NCBI GenBank assembly: GCA_964016885.1
Contig: OZ024741.1
Coordinates: 265,608,001 to 265,672,000 of the forward strand
Reading direction: 5' to 3'
From: Eledone cirrhosa
Lineage: Eukaryota
DNA: 64,000 nucleotides
Shown: positions 1-11,700 of the stretch, piece after piece
How positions within the stretch are numbered: position 1 is the first letter of the stretch
Layout of the letters: each line of letters opens with the position of its first letter
The notes under the pieces: model-generated
Seen by the model: only the letters and a program-made list of their open reading frames with translations
Told to the model about the DNA's origin: nothing
Databases searched by the model: none
Translations under genes and position numbers: made by a program

Positions 1-110
1 AACATGAAATAAAGTGTCTTGCTCAAGGACATAACACATTGCTTAGTCCAGGAATTGAACTCACGCCCTCATGATTGCTAATCCAATTCTTTAACCACTC
101 AGCCATGCAC
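1..110 (-). mobile_element. tRNA-derived SINE fragment (family B)
   Basis: Reverse complement gives A-box-like tggctgagtggtt, B-box-like gagttcaattcc and tgtccttgagcaagacacttt, shared with the 20991 and 22321 copies. Confidence 0.6.
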
Positions 111-231
111 CTTCACATGGAAAGACTAATTGGTATTATTTTATTGTTGGCTCTGGTGGGATTAACTTTTAACATCCTGTACCACATGAAACCACATTCA
201 CATGATATTCTTGACAAGTACAAAAATAGTA

Positions 232-421
232 ATAATTGGTTCTACTTTTGGCACAAGGCCAGCAATTACCCCAGTGCATTACTGGTACTTTATTTTATCG
301 ACCCCGTAAGGATGAAAGGCAAAGTTAACCTTGGCGGAATTTGAACTCAGATCACAAAGGGCCGTAACTCTATGATGCAAAGCATGGCATCCGACCCTCC
401 TGATACTGCCAATCCATGCCC
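232..421 (-). mobile_element. tRNA-derived SINE (family A)
   Basis: Reverse-complement match to 3286-3475 (gagttcaaat..ctttgcctttcatcct..ggggtcgataaaataaagtaccagt). Confidence 0.75.
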
Positions 422-504
422 TTAAAAATGATAAATCCACTGCCTACAAAAATAATGATGATAATAATAATAATAATAATAATAGTACTTAAAATAATAA
501 TAAT

Positions 505-875
505 GTTTTCTTTATTAACCACAAGGGTTCACATAAAGTAGACATTAAGGACAGTACAGGACAATACAGGACGGTACAAATGGGCATTTCTGCGTGTAAA
601 AAAACAGAGGTTGAAATAAAATAACAAAGAAAAATTCCCCAATAGGGGGCAGACTTCCAAGGGACATTTGTGGAGAAAGCCCATTAAAAGACCACAGTGG
701 CCCTGACCACCAGGGCAAGTGCCCTCTCCCAGTTTTCCACCTTTAATTTACAGACACATACTCAGAGAAGGCCCATTCATTCGGGCCATACTTGCTTCTC
801 TCACCCATCTTTCAACAAAATGCTGGGAAGAGAGCACTTCCCTCTCTACCCTGATTTTCCTTTTCAAATGAAAAT
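505..875 (-). mobile_element. probable LINE (L1/Tx1-like) 3' end remnant
   Basis: Minus-strand peptide FHLKRKIRVEREVLSSQHFVERWVREASMARMNG followed by a UTR-like stretch and A-rich tail. Family assignment is from recollection only. Confidence 0.35.
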
Positions 876-923
876 AATAATAATAAATGTTGATGATGAA
901 TAATTTACTTTCTTTGTTAACAG

Positions 924-1111
924 TTGGAAGGGGGAGAAGAATCGGCAAGACCATTTGCTGAACAATAACCTGAAGAAGAAGCGAGAACGTCTCCTCCTGG
1001 AGATGCAAGAACAGTCGAATAACGATCGACGGGAAAAACTTGACTCGTTGAACTCCGATCAACAAGGAGTTGATTCTCGTGTGACGGGCCCCAACAGGAA
1101 GAGTGGTAAAG
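924..1111 (+). CDS. SMC3: SMC3 coding exon (first in window; coiled-coil arm)
   Basis: cag| acceptor at 921-923 and G|gttagt donor. Translates ..GEKNRQDHLLNNNLKKKRERLLLEMQEQSNNDRREKLDSLNSDQQGVDSRV.., resembling SMC3 LEG..YLNENLRKR. Phase-1 end joins the next exon (G|AA=E). Possible extra G at 930-934. Confidence 0.8.
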
Positions 1112-1132
1112 GTTAGTCAATCAGTAGTATCT

Positions 1133-1290
<158 letters not shown>

Positions 1291-1333
1291 GGGAACAAAG
1301 AATCAGTGTTGCATCATATATAAATATTTAATT

Positions 1334-1425
1334 ACGTATTACATATGTTTCACTGTCGATCAGCTCAAGGAGCGACCGTTTAATTATTGATCCTGACTCA
1401 AGAATCGGAGGCTCCTCAGATATGT
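1334..1425 (-). ncRNA. type I hammerhead ribozyme motif in a TA-flanked insert (1290-1470)
   Basis: rc: ACATAT CTGAGGA [long imperfect stem II] GAAA CATATG TA ATACGT; stem I 5/6 pairs; palindromic stem III. Confidence 0.6.
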
Positions 1426-1467
1426 GTTCACATGTAGACTCACACCAATTAATTTGCACTTCTAATA

Positions 1468-1499
<32 letters not shown>

Positions 1500-1505
<6 letters not shown>

Positions 1506-1940
1506 TGTGTGTGCGAAGTGCGATGCTGCATAGTCGTGAAACATGGGCTGTGACTGCAGAGGACATGCATAGAGTGGAGAGAAATGAAGCAACCATGCCC
1601 CGTTGGATGTACAATGTCAGTATGAGAGAAAGGCACTGCTTGGACAAGTTGAAGAAGCTGGGTTTAAGATAAATTTGAGGTAGTGTGCAGGATATGTGAT
1701 GCACATGGAGAATGATCATTGGGTGAATAAATGCCAGGAAATGCCAGTGGAAGGAAGTTATGGTAGAGGTAGACCAAGAAAGTCCTGAGCAGAGGTTGTG
1801 AGAGCTGACCTCAAATCACTGAGACTGACAGAGGCGATGACAAAGGATCGTGACTTTTGGAGAGATGCTGTGCTGAGAAAAACCTGTTCAACCCATGTAA
1901 ATATGGAAAAGTGGAGATAATAAAAAAAATGATGATGATA
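1500..1940 (+). mobile_element. RTE-clade LINE 3' end remnant
   Basis: Decayed frame ..MENDHWVNKCQEMPVEGSYGRGRPRKS*AEVVRADLKSLRLTEAMTKDRDFWRDAV then acccatg..atggaaaa..(gat)n tail. Confidence 0.75.
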
Positions 1941-2089
1941 GTATAAATAAAAGGGTGGAGCACAGTTAAAAATGGTACTTTATATGTTGATAGAGTATTG
2001 GCATCTTTACTTTATATAGAAATGACTCCTACAGGACTAGAACTGTTATATTCAGATGAAATCACACACACACACACACATATATATAT

Positions 2090-2350
2090 ATCATCACCAT
2101 TTTACGCCCATTCTTCCATGCTAGCATGGGTAAGATGGATTGTCCTGTTGTGGGCAATGCCAAGTCAGGTGACCTTGTCTTGCTCATATGAGAACTGGTT
2201 TTGGCTTGATTTTTACAGCTGGATGCCCTTCCTAACACCAACCTCATTTACCATGAGTGCTGGGTGCTTTTTTACCGTGGCGCCTACGTGGCCACTTTAC
2301 AGTGTGGGCTGGGTGCTTTTTTGTCGTGACACCTCCACGACCATTTTGCA
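2090..2350 (-). mobile_element. RTE LINE 3' UTR-derived fragment
   Basis: Homologous to 6263, 23480, 27475 and 43963 (ttccatgctagcatggg..ggatgcccttcctaacacc). Confidence 0.65.
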
Positions 2351-2357
2351 GCGGGAG

Positions 2358-2391
<34 letters not shown>

Positions 2392-2670
2392 TCAAATTGT
2401 TGAAACTGCAGGCGGTCTAAAATCTGATGAGTGTATTTAAATGTTTGTGATCTCCAATCCATTTTATTCCTTCCTTTCTATCAATCCTTCGACCCAACTC
2501 ACTTCTAGCCACTGATTTCTATCCTTTGAGGTCCAACTCTTGCAAGCAGGGGAAAGCGGACGTAAAATGATAAAATGATGAGGTAATGTTTTATCCAATA
2601 CCGTTTCAACGACATTTTGCTGTTTCAACAGCTTCCTTGCGCCGAGTTGTTCCATTTTCCCATGAAAATA

Positions 2671-3213
2671 CAGGGTGTCCATAAAGTCTCTTTACAATTT
2701 AAAAAATATACTACAAAGGAAATTGATAAGATATCTTAATCAGATTTGTTCTATGTACTCAGTAGTTATCAAAGTTTTTAATCACATTGCATTTGTGAAA
2801 TTTTGGTATCCTGTTAATGAAAGAAATACTGTTAAATGAACCCCTAAAAATGGCTACTCCTCAAGAAAAAGCACAATGTGTGTCATGGTTTATTGAAACA
2901 AAATCGGATACGCAGACTCAGCGAAACTACAGAACTAAGTATGCAAGAGATCCCCCGTCACATCCAACATTTCTTCAACGAGACATCAATTACTGTAAAT
3001 GATTACCATGACCGTTTGACTGAATATGAGGCACCACAACTAGATGACCTTCAACCAACAATAATTTCCCAGCAAGATGCTGCACCACTACATTGGAGAT
3101 TGCATGTTCATGGTTTCCTAAATCAAACATTTCCAGACATTTCACATATTTGTCTTTTCATTTGCTTTTGTAATAATTTTTCTAAATTGTAAAGACACTT
3201 TATGGACACCCTG
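2671..3213 (+). mobile_element. internally deleted Tc1/mariner-superfamily transposon
   Basis: ~30-bp TIRs cagggtgtccataaagtctctttacaattt / aaattgtaaagacactttatggacaccctg, with TA on the left. Fragments MATPQEKAQCVSWFIETKSDTQTQRNYR (HTH) and QQDAAPLHW..FLNQTFP (DDD domain). Confidence 0.88.
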
Positions 3214-3285
3214 TTTATTCATACACACACACACACACACATATTTCTGTCTGTTATGTTGTTATTATTTATTTTTATAATCCAG

Positions 3286-3475
3286 GGCGGTGGATTGGCA
3301 GTATCGGTAGAGGGTCGGACGCCATCCTTTCCAGCATAGTTACGTCCCTTTACGATCTGAGTTCAAATCCCGCCGAGGTTGACTTTGCCTTTCATCCTTA
3401 CGGGGTCGATAAAATAAAGTACCAGTAATGCACTGGGTAATTGCTGGCCTTGTGCCTAAAGTAGAAACAATTATT
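3286..3475 (+). mobile_element. tRNA-derived SINE (family A)
   Basis: A box tggcagtatcgg, B box gagttcaaatccc, conserved body and (tta) tail; five related copies in the window. Confidence 0.8.
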
Positions 3476-3524
3476 TATTATTTTTATTTATTATTGAGTT
3501 GTGTGTGTTGCTTTCTACTTCCAG

Positions 3525-3595
3525 AACTTGATGATCAGCTGGAGAAAATGAACAAAGAGCAGAAAGAACTGCAAAACAAACTGGAATACTGGAAG
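3525..3595 (+). CDS. SMC3: SMC3 coding exon
   Basis: ccag|AACTTGAT...TGGAAG|gtaat; (E)LDDQLEKMNKEQKELQNKLEYWK; phases fit both neighbours. Confidence 0.92.
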
Positions 3596-3613
3596 GTAAT
3601 TAATATTTAACGA

Positions 3614-3737
3614 AGGCAGCAAGCTGGCAAAGTCGTTAGAACATCAGGTAGAATGCCGCAGTGGTATTCCTTCTGACTCTCTGCACTCTGAGTTCAAATA
3701 CTGCCAAGATCAACTTTGCCTTTCATCCTTTCAAGGT
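3614..3737 (+). mobile_element. SINE family A, 3'-truncated
   Basis: ctgagttcaaat..caactttgcctttcatcctt match. Confidence 0.65.
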
Positions 3738-3970
3738 CCACTACCATCACATTAGCAAGACATTCTTGAAAAGTACAAAGCAACACTATGACTTAGTTAT
3801 ATTTGGGAAGGGCCATGTTGTTCTACTATTGCCAAAAATAGTAAAACACTCTCACTGTTTGGTTTGGTTTTCGCTTCAGTATATTTATATAAATAATTTA
3901 GCTGGCAATCAATGTTTATCATTGATTGACCAACAGTTAAAAATATAAATATAATTTATCAGTTCTTTCG

Positions 3971-3998
3971 TCAAACATTTCTGTGACATCTTCAGTGA
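3971..3998 (-). ncRNA. minimal, slightly decayed hammerhead motif
   Basis: rc: TCA CTGAAGA TGTCACA GAAA TG TT TGA. Confidence 0.4.
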
Positions 3999-4229
3999 TT
4001 ATCGCTGTGTTTCCTCCCGTTGTGTTTCTATAACACTTTGACTATATTACTTTAAATATTAAAGTCTTAGCTCTAATATTGCAACTTTTCACAGTAATCT
4101 GTCCACCAGTAAATACAGTATAAACATTTGAATTAACAAACCACAGTTTTAGATATTTACTGCTAAATCATTACAGGGTGTTAAAAATTAAAGTTACACT
4201 AAAATTAAGTGGAGTATTATTTCATGTAT

Positions 4230-4890
4230 TACATGTGAGTGTTACTCTTAATATTATATGTGAGTGTAACTCATATTACGTGTGAGATTCACTCTTAATA
4301 TTATATGTGAGTGTCACTCTTAATATAACGTGTGAGTGTCGCTCTTAATATAACGTGTGAGTGTTGCTCTTAATATAACGTGTGAGTGTTGCTCTTAATA
4401 TAACGTGTGAGTGTTGCTCTTAATATAACGTGTGAGTGTCACTTTTAATATTATATGTGAGTGTCACTCTTAATATAACGTGTGAGTGTTGCTCTTAATA
4501 TAACGTGTGAGTGTTGCTCTTAATATAACGTGTGAGTGTCACTTTTAATATTATATGTGAGTGTTACTCTTAATATAACGTGTGAGTGTTGCTCTTAATA
4601 TAACGTGTGAGTGTTGCTCTTAATATAACGTGTGAGTGTCACTTTTAATATTATATGTGAGTGTCACTCTTAATATAACGTGTGAGTGTTGCTCTTAATA
4701 TAACGTGTGAGTGTTGCTCTTAATATAACGTGTGAGTGTCACTCTTAATATTATATGTGAGTGTCACTCTTAATATAACGTGTGAGTGTTGCTCTTAATA
4801 TAACGTGTGAGTGTTGCTCTTAATATAACGTGTGAGTGTCACTTTTAATATTATGTGTGAGTGTCACTCTTAATATTACATGTGAGTGTG
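4230..4890. repeat. 25-bp minisatellite with 100-bp higher-order period
   Basis: unit tgtgagtgttgctcttaatataacg; a variant unit recurs at 4441, 4541, 4641, 4741 and 4841. Confidence 0.95.
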
Positions 4891-4909
4891 CCACCTCTAA
4901 TATTTCCAT

Positions 4910-5395
4910 ATGTAGCTACTCAACCACAATGTGTTACCTCTAATATGTCCATATGTAGTGACCCAGCCACAATGTGCCACTACTTATAGCGACCCAGCCA
5001 CAATGTGCCACTACTTATAGCGACCCAGCCACAATGTCCCACCCCTTATAGCGACCCAGCCACAATGTGCCACTCTTTATAGCGACCCAGCCACAATGTG
5101 CCACTCTGTATAGCGACCCAGCCTTAGTGTGCCACCCCTTATAGCGACCCAGCCACAATGTGCCACCCCTTATAGCGACCCAGCCACAATGTGCCACCCC
5201 TTATAGCGACCCAGCCACAATGTGCCACTCTTTATAGCGACCCAGCCACAATGTGCCACTCTGTATAGCGACCCAGCCTTAGTGTGCCACCCCTTATAGC
5301 GACCCAACCACAATGTGCCACCCCTTATAGCGACCCAGCCACAATGTTCCACTCCTTATAGTGACCCAGCCACAATGTGCCACCTCTAATATTTC
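4910..5395. repeat. 31-bp minisatellite
   Basis: unit tatagcgacccagccacaatgtgccacccct, with a 155-bp block duplicated. Confidence 0.95.
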
Positions 5396-5419
5396 CATGT
5401 CTCCAATTCATTATTTCAG

Positions 5420-5509
5420 GGTCAAGAACGAGAACAACAAGAAAAAATCAGTGAAGATGCAAAAGAGTTGGAAAAAATGACCAACAAACAGAGTTTATTG
5501 CTGAAAAAG
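5420..5509 (+). CDS. SMC3: SMC3 coding exon
   Basis: ttcag|GGT...AAAAAG|gtggg; GQEREQQEKISEDAKELEKMTNKQSLLLKK (cf. SMC3 DTKELEKMTNRQGMLLKK). Confidence 0.95.
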
Positions 5510-5519
5510 GTGGGTTGTT

Positions 5520-6140
5520 GTGTTTTATATAGGACCCTTATTGATGATGTTTTATATGGGGTAGTACCCCTACTGGTTGTTATTGTTTTATATAAAGGGT
5601 AGGACCCCCACTGGTTGTTATTGTTTTATATAAAGGGTAGGACCCCTACTGGTTGTTGGGGTAGGACCTCTACTGGTTGTTATTGTTTTATATAAGGGGG
5701 AAGGTCGCCTACTGGTTGTTATTGTTTTTTGTATAAAGGGGTAGGTCCCTTATTGGTTGTGGAGATGTTTTATATAAGGGGGAAGGACCCCTACTGGTTG
5801 TTATTGTTTTATATAAGGGGGAAGGACCCCTACTGGTTATTGTTTTTGTATAAAGGGGTAGGTCCCTTATTGGTTGTGGAGATGTTTTATATGAGGTAGC
5901 ACCCCCTACTGGTGGAGAAGATGTTTTATATGGCAGTAGTTCCCCTACTAGTTGTGATGTTTTTGTAGTGGGGTAGTACCCCTGTTGGTGGTGAAGATGT
6001 TTTATATGAGGGTTGTGCCCCTACTAGTGGTGATGTTTTATATAAAGAGTAGTACCCTTATTGGTGATGAAGATATTCTATATAGGGCAGTACCCCTACT
6101 GGATGTGGTGGATGATTTATACGGAGGTTATACCCTTAAT
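5520..6140. repeat. degenerate ~40-bp minisatellite
   Basis: recurring gtttttatataagggtaggacccctactggttgtt. Confidence 0.8.
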
Positions 6141-6262
6141 GATGGTGAAAATGTGAGGTCTAATTGTTAAGGTGTTCGGTTTGCAATAGGAAGGTATTTT
6201 CTTACTCTGAAGAGGAAGGACATTTTTAATAGAGAAAAATATATGGGAGTATTGGTTACGGT

Positions 6263-6610
6263 CATCATCATCGTTTAACGTCTATCTTCCACGCTAGCAT
6301 GGGTTAGACGGGAATTGTCCCACTTGAGGTAAGATTGGTCGGGTGACTGTGTCTCGCTCGTATGGGGCTATCTGGCAGGTTTTCTACGGCTGGATGCCCT
6401 TCCTAACACCAACCTCATTTACAGTGTGTACTGGGAGCTTTTTACCGTGTTACCTACATGGCCACATTACAGCGTGGACTGTGTTTTTTTTGTCGTGACA
6501 CCTACACGACCTCGGACTGGATGTTGTGGTACCAACATAACTTTATGGAAAAAGGGTGGTGTTGGTGGGAGTGGGAGGATGAAGGGGTAATGGATTGGGG
6601 TGTATATTTG
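6263..6610 (-). mobile_element. RTE LINE 3' UTR fragment
   Basis: near-identical to 23480-23845, which is joined to an RTE ORF end. Confidence 0.75.
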
Positions 6611-7039
6611 GTTGTGGGTGAAGGGTAAGGTTATAGTTTTGATTCTCAAACCGGGCAGCACATTGTGCCCTTGAGCAAGACACTTCATTTCATATTACTC
6701 CATTCAAAAACCACCTCTGGTTCTATGAAACAAAACTTCTCATTTTAAAGGGTTTCTATATAAAAACTTACAAACATAATTTGGTATTAAAGCAACTAAA
6801 AGGGTTGGTGTCAAGAAGGGCATTTGACTGTATAACATTGCCTCAAAAAGTCCTTTCCGACCCATGCCAAGATGGAAAAGCCAATGTAAAAACAATGGTG
6901 GTGATGATGATGTTACAAATACTGGGTCACTACATCTTAATGAAATAATTAATAATTTTAATAAATCTCTAAATTTTTCATTAATTAATTGAAATACTGT
7001 GTACCTTTAGAAATATGGCAATAAAAGGTTTATGCCTAA

Positions 7040-7243
<204 letters not shown>

Positions 7244-7269
7244 TAATTTGTTTCGACTCCTTTCCAAAG

Positions 7270-7720
7270 TGTACTTGGTGTACTAGATGCATTTTAATTT
7301 GTCACTGGCACTTCCACTTTACAGAGTGTACTGGGTGTATTTTACCATTGCACCAGCACTATCACTCTACAGATTCTATTGGGTGTATTTTATCGAGCCA
7401 CTAGCAGTCATTTAATAGAGTGTACTGGGTGCATTTTATCACTGCGCCAGCACTACGACATTACAGAATGTACTGGATGTATTTTATCAGTGCACCAGTG
7501 CTATCACATTATAGAGTGTACTTGGTGTATTTTATCAGAACACCAGCACTACCACTTAGCAGAGAGTACTGGGTGTATTTTATCAGTGCACCAGCACTAC
7601 CACTTAACAGAGTGTACTGGGTGTATTTTATCAGGACACCAGCACTACCACTTTACAGAGTGTACTGGGTGTATTTTATCACAGCAACAGCACTACCATT
7701 TCATAGTTTGTTGGGTTATT
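7270..7720. repeat. degenerate 48-bp tandem repeat
   Basis: cactttacagagtgtactgggtgtattttatcagtgcaccagcactac; related to the ccactttacagtgtg..ctggg motif of the RTE 3' UTR. Confidence 0.8.
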
Positions 7721-8531
7721 CTCAACTTCACTACTACCCCCCCCCCCCCCCCCCCCCCCAACCACTGTAAAGTGGTTGGTGATCGGAAGGGATTCCAGCC
7801 ATGGAGAGCTTGCCAAGCAAACAAACAAAGGGCCATGGGGAACATTCAGCCATGTCAAGGACATGACAGCACAGCCTCCCTAATGTTGGTGATTTACACG
7901 ATAAACACACCCAGAACACAACATACTGCAAAGTGGTTGGTGACAGGAAGGGCATCCATCTGTAGAGATCTTGCCAAACAAAAGAGTTTGGCAGACCCTC
8001 AGTTATGTCAAAAGGCATGACAACCTCTTCTGACCACTCGATGGAATGTGAGACCATACATAAGTGAGACACAGGTCCCTGGCTTGCCTGGGAGATCAGT
8101 GGCTCTGTTCAATACTAACTTAGTCTATATAGACCTGCCCAACTCTTACTAGCAGGGAAAGAGGATGTTAAAATGACAATGATGATGATGATGACCACGA
8201 TGATGATGATGACCACTTTGTTCACATCTGATACTGCCCCTTCCCCCTTCCTTTTCCTCTCTCATTGCAACTGTTTAAAAACCTGCTACAGTATAACAAT
8301 TTCTTTATTCCACTCTCTCACCCTCATTCTCTCAACCCCTTCTCTCACTTTCTCACTCTCTCTCTCACCTCTTCTCACTGTCTCACTCACCCCTCTCTCA
8401 CTATCTCTCTTATGCTCTCTCACTCTCTCCTCTTCACTCTCTTCTCACTTTCTCATTCTGTCTCACTCTGCCTCTCACTTTCTCATTCTGTCTCACTCTG
8501 CCTCTCACTATCTCACCCCCTCTCATGCACA

Positions 8532-8580
<49 letters not shown>

Positions 8581-8619
8581 TCTCTCTCTCTCTCACCATC
8601 TCCCTCTCTTCCATTGTAG

Positions 8620-8769
<150 letters not shown>

Positions 8770-11700
8770 TGAGTGGCTGTGTGGTGAGGGTGGTGGTGAC
8801 TGGCTGTGTGGTTAGGGTGGTGGTGTGTGGCTGTGTGGTGAGGGTGGTGGTGACTGGCTGTGTGGTTAGGGTGGTGGTGTGTGGTTAGGGTGGTGGTGAG
8901 TGGCTGTGTGGTGAGGGTGGTGGTGAGTGGCTGTGTGGTGAGGGTGGTGGTGAGTGGCTGTGTGGTGAGGGTGGTGGTGAGTGGCTGTGTGGTGAGGGTG
9001 GTGGTGAGTGGCTGTGTGGTTAGGGTGGTGGTGAGTGGCTGTGTTGTTAGGGTGGTGGTGTGTGGTTAGGGTGGTGGTGAGTGGCTGTGTGGTGAGGGTG
9101 GTGGTGTGTGGCTGTGTGGTGAGGGTGGTGGTGAGTGGCTGTGTGGTGAGGGTGGTGGTGACTGGCTGTGTGGTTAGGGTGGTGGTGTGTGGCTGTGTGG
9201 TGAGGGTGGTGGTGAGTGGCTGTGTGGTTAGGGTGGTGGTGTGTGGCTGTGTTGTTAGGGTGGTGGTGAGTGGCTGTGTGGTGAGGGTGGTGGTGAGTGG
9301 CTGTGTGGTTAGAGTGGTGGTGTGTGGCTGTGTGGTTAGGGTGGTGGTGTGTGGTTGTGTGGTTAGGGTGGTGGTGAGTGGCTGTGTGGTGAGGGTGGTG
9401 GTGACTGGCTGTGTGGTTAGGGTGGTGGTGTGTGGTTAGGGTGGTGGTGTGTGGCTGTGTGGTTAGGGTGGTGGTGTGTGGTTGTGTGGTTAGGGTGGTG
9501 GTGAGTGGCTGTGTGGTGAGGGTGGTGGTGACTGGCTGTGTGGTTAGGGTGGTGGTGTGTGGTTAGGGTGGTGGTGAGTGGCTGTGTGGTGAGGGTGGTG
9601 GTGAGTGGCTGTGTGGTGAGGGTGGTGGTGAGTGGCTGTGTGGTGAGGGTGGTGGTGTGTGGCTGTGTGGTGAGGGTGGTGGTGACTGGCTGTGTGGTTA
9701 GGGTGGTGGTGTGTGGTTAGGGTGGTGGTGAGTGGCTGTGTGGTGAGGGTGGTGGTGAGTGGCTGTGTGGTGAGGGTGGTGGTGAGTGGCTGTGTGGTGA
9801 GGGTGGTGGTGAGTGGCTGTGTGGTTAGGGTGGTGGTGAGTGGCTGTGTTGTTAGGGTGGTGGTGTGTGGTTAGGGTGGTGGTGAGTGGCTGTGTGGTGA
9901 GGGTGGTGGTGTGTGGCTGTGTGGTGAGGGTGGTGGTGAGTGGCTGTGTGGTGAGGGTGGTGGTGACTGGCTGTGTGGTTAGGGTGGTGGTGTGTGGCTG
10001 TGTGGTGAGGGTGGTGGTGAGTGGCTGTGTGGTTAGGGTGGTGGTGAGTGGCTGTGTTGTTAGGGTGGTGGTGTGTGGCTGTGTGGTTAGGGTGGTGGTG
10101 AGTGGCTGTGTGGTGAGGGTGGTGGTGAGTGGCTGTGTGGTTAGGGTGGTGGTGAGTGGCTGTGTGGTTAGGGTGGTGGTGAGGGTGGTGGTGAGTGGCT
10201 GTGTGGTGAGGGTGGTGGTGAGTGGCTGTGTGGTGAGGGTGGTGGTGAGTGGCTGTGTGGTTAGGGTGGTGGTGAGTGGCTTGGTGGTGAGTGGCTGTGT
10301 GGTGAGGGTGGTGGTGAGTGGCTGTGTGGTGACTGGCTGTGTGGTTAGGGTGGTGGTGAGTGGCTGTGTGGTGAGGGTGGTGGTGAGTGGCTGTGTGGTG
10401 AGGGTGGTGGTGACTGGCTGTGTGGTTAGGGTGGTGGTGAGTGGCTGTGTGGTGAGGGTGGTGGTGACTGGCTGTGTGGTTAGGGTGGTGGTGAGTGGCT
10501 GTGTGGTGAGGGTGGTGGTGAGTGGCTGTGTGGTGAGGGTGGTGGTGACGGTGGTGGTGAGTGGCTGTGTGGTTAGGGTGGTGGTGAGTGGCTGTGTGGT
10601 GAGGGTGGTGGTGAGTGGCTGTGTGGTGAGGGTGGTGGTGAGTGGCTGTGTGGTGAGGGTGGTGGTGAGTGGCTGTGTGGTTAGGGTGGTGGTGAGTGGC
10701 TGTGTGGTGAGGGTGGTGGTGACTGGCTGTGTGGTGAGGGTGGTGGTGAGTGGCTGTGTGGTGAGGGTGGTGGTGACTGGCTGTGTGGTTAGGGTGGTGG
10801 TGTGTGGCTGTGTGGTGAGGGTGGTGGTGACTGGCTGTGTGGTTAGGGTGGTGGTGAGTGGCTGTGTGGTGAGGGTGGTGGTGAGTGGCTGTGTGGTGAG
10901 GGTGGTGGTGAGTGGCTGTGTGGTGAGGGTGGTGGTGACTGGCTGTGTGGTTAGGGTGGTGGTGTGTGGCTGTGTGGTGAGGGTGGTGGTGACTGGCTGT
11001 GTGGTTAGGGTGGTGGTTAGTGGCTGTGTGGTGAGGGTGGTGGTGAGTGGCTGTGTGGTGAGGGTGGTGGTGAGTGGCTGTGTGGTGAGGGTGGTGGTGA
11101 GTGGCTGTGTGGTGAGGGTGGTGGTGACTGGCTGTGTGGTTAGGGTGGTGGTGAGTGGCTGTGTGGTGAGGGTGGTGGTGACTGGCTGTGTGGTTAGGGT
11201 GGTGGTGAGTGGCTGTGTGGTGAGGGTGGTGGTGAGTGGCTGTGTGGTGAGGGTGGTGGTGAGTGGCTGTGTGGTTAGGGTGGTGGTGTGTGGCTGTGTG
11301 GTGAGGGTGGTGGTGAGTGGCTGTGTGGTTAGGGTGGTGGTGTGTGGCTGTGTGGTGAGGGTGGTGGTGAGTGGCTGTGTGGTGAGGGTGGTGGTGTGTG
11401 GCTGTGGTTAGGGTGGTGGTGAGTGGCTGTGTGGTTAGGGTGGTGGTGAGTGGCTGTGTGGTGAGGGTGGTGGTGAGTGGCTGTGTGGTTAGGGTGGTGG
11501 TGAGTGGCTGTGTGGTTAGGGTGGTGGTGAGTGGCTGTGTGGTTAGGGTGGTGGTGAGTGGCTGTGTGGTGAGGGTGGTGGTGAGTGGCTGTGTGGTTAG
11601 GGTGGTGGTGAGTGGCTGTGTGGTTAGGGTGGTGGTGAGTGGCTGTGTGGTTAGGGTGGTGGTGAGTGGCTGTGTGGTTAGGGTGGTGGTGAGTGGCTGT

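Noticed and set aside
2420-2640. CTGATGAG and GAAAC motifs near a TA tract
   Set aside because: Could not build stems I-III in the correct order on either strand.
3286-3375. tRNA gene
   Set aside because: A and B boxes are present but there is no complete cloverleaf; it continues into a repeated SINE body.
7379-8020. 213-aa Cys/His-rich ORF resembling a metal-binding protein
   Set aside because: Translation of a degenerate 48-bp intronic tandem repeat plus SINE/LINE remnants.
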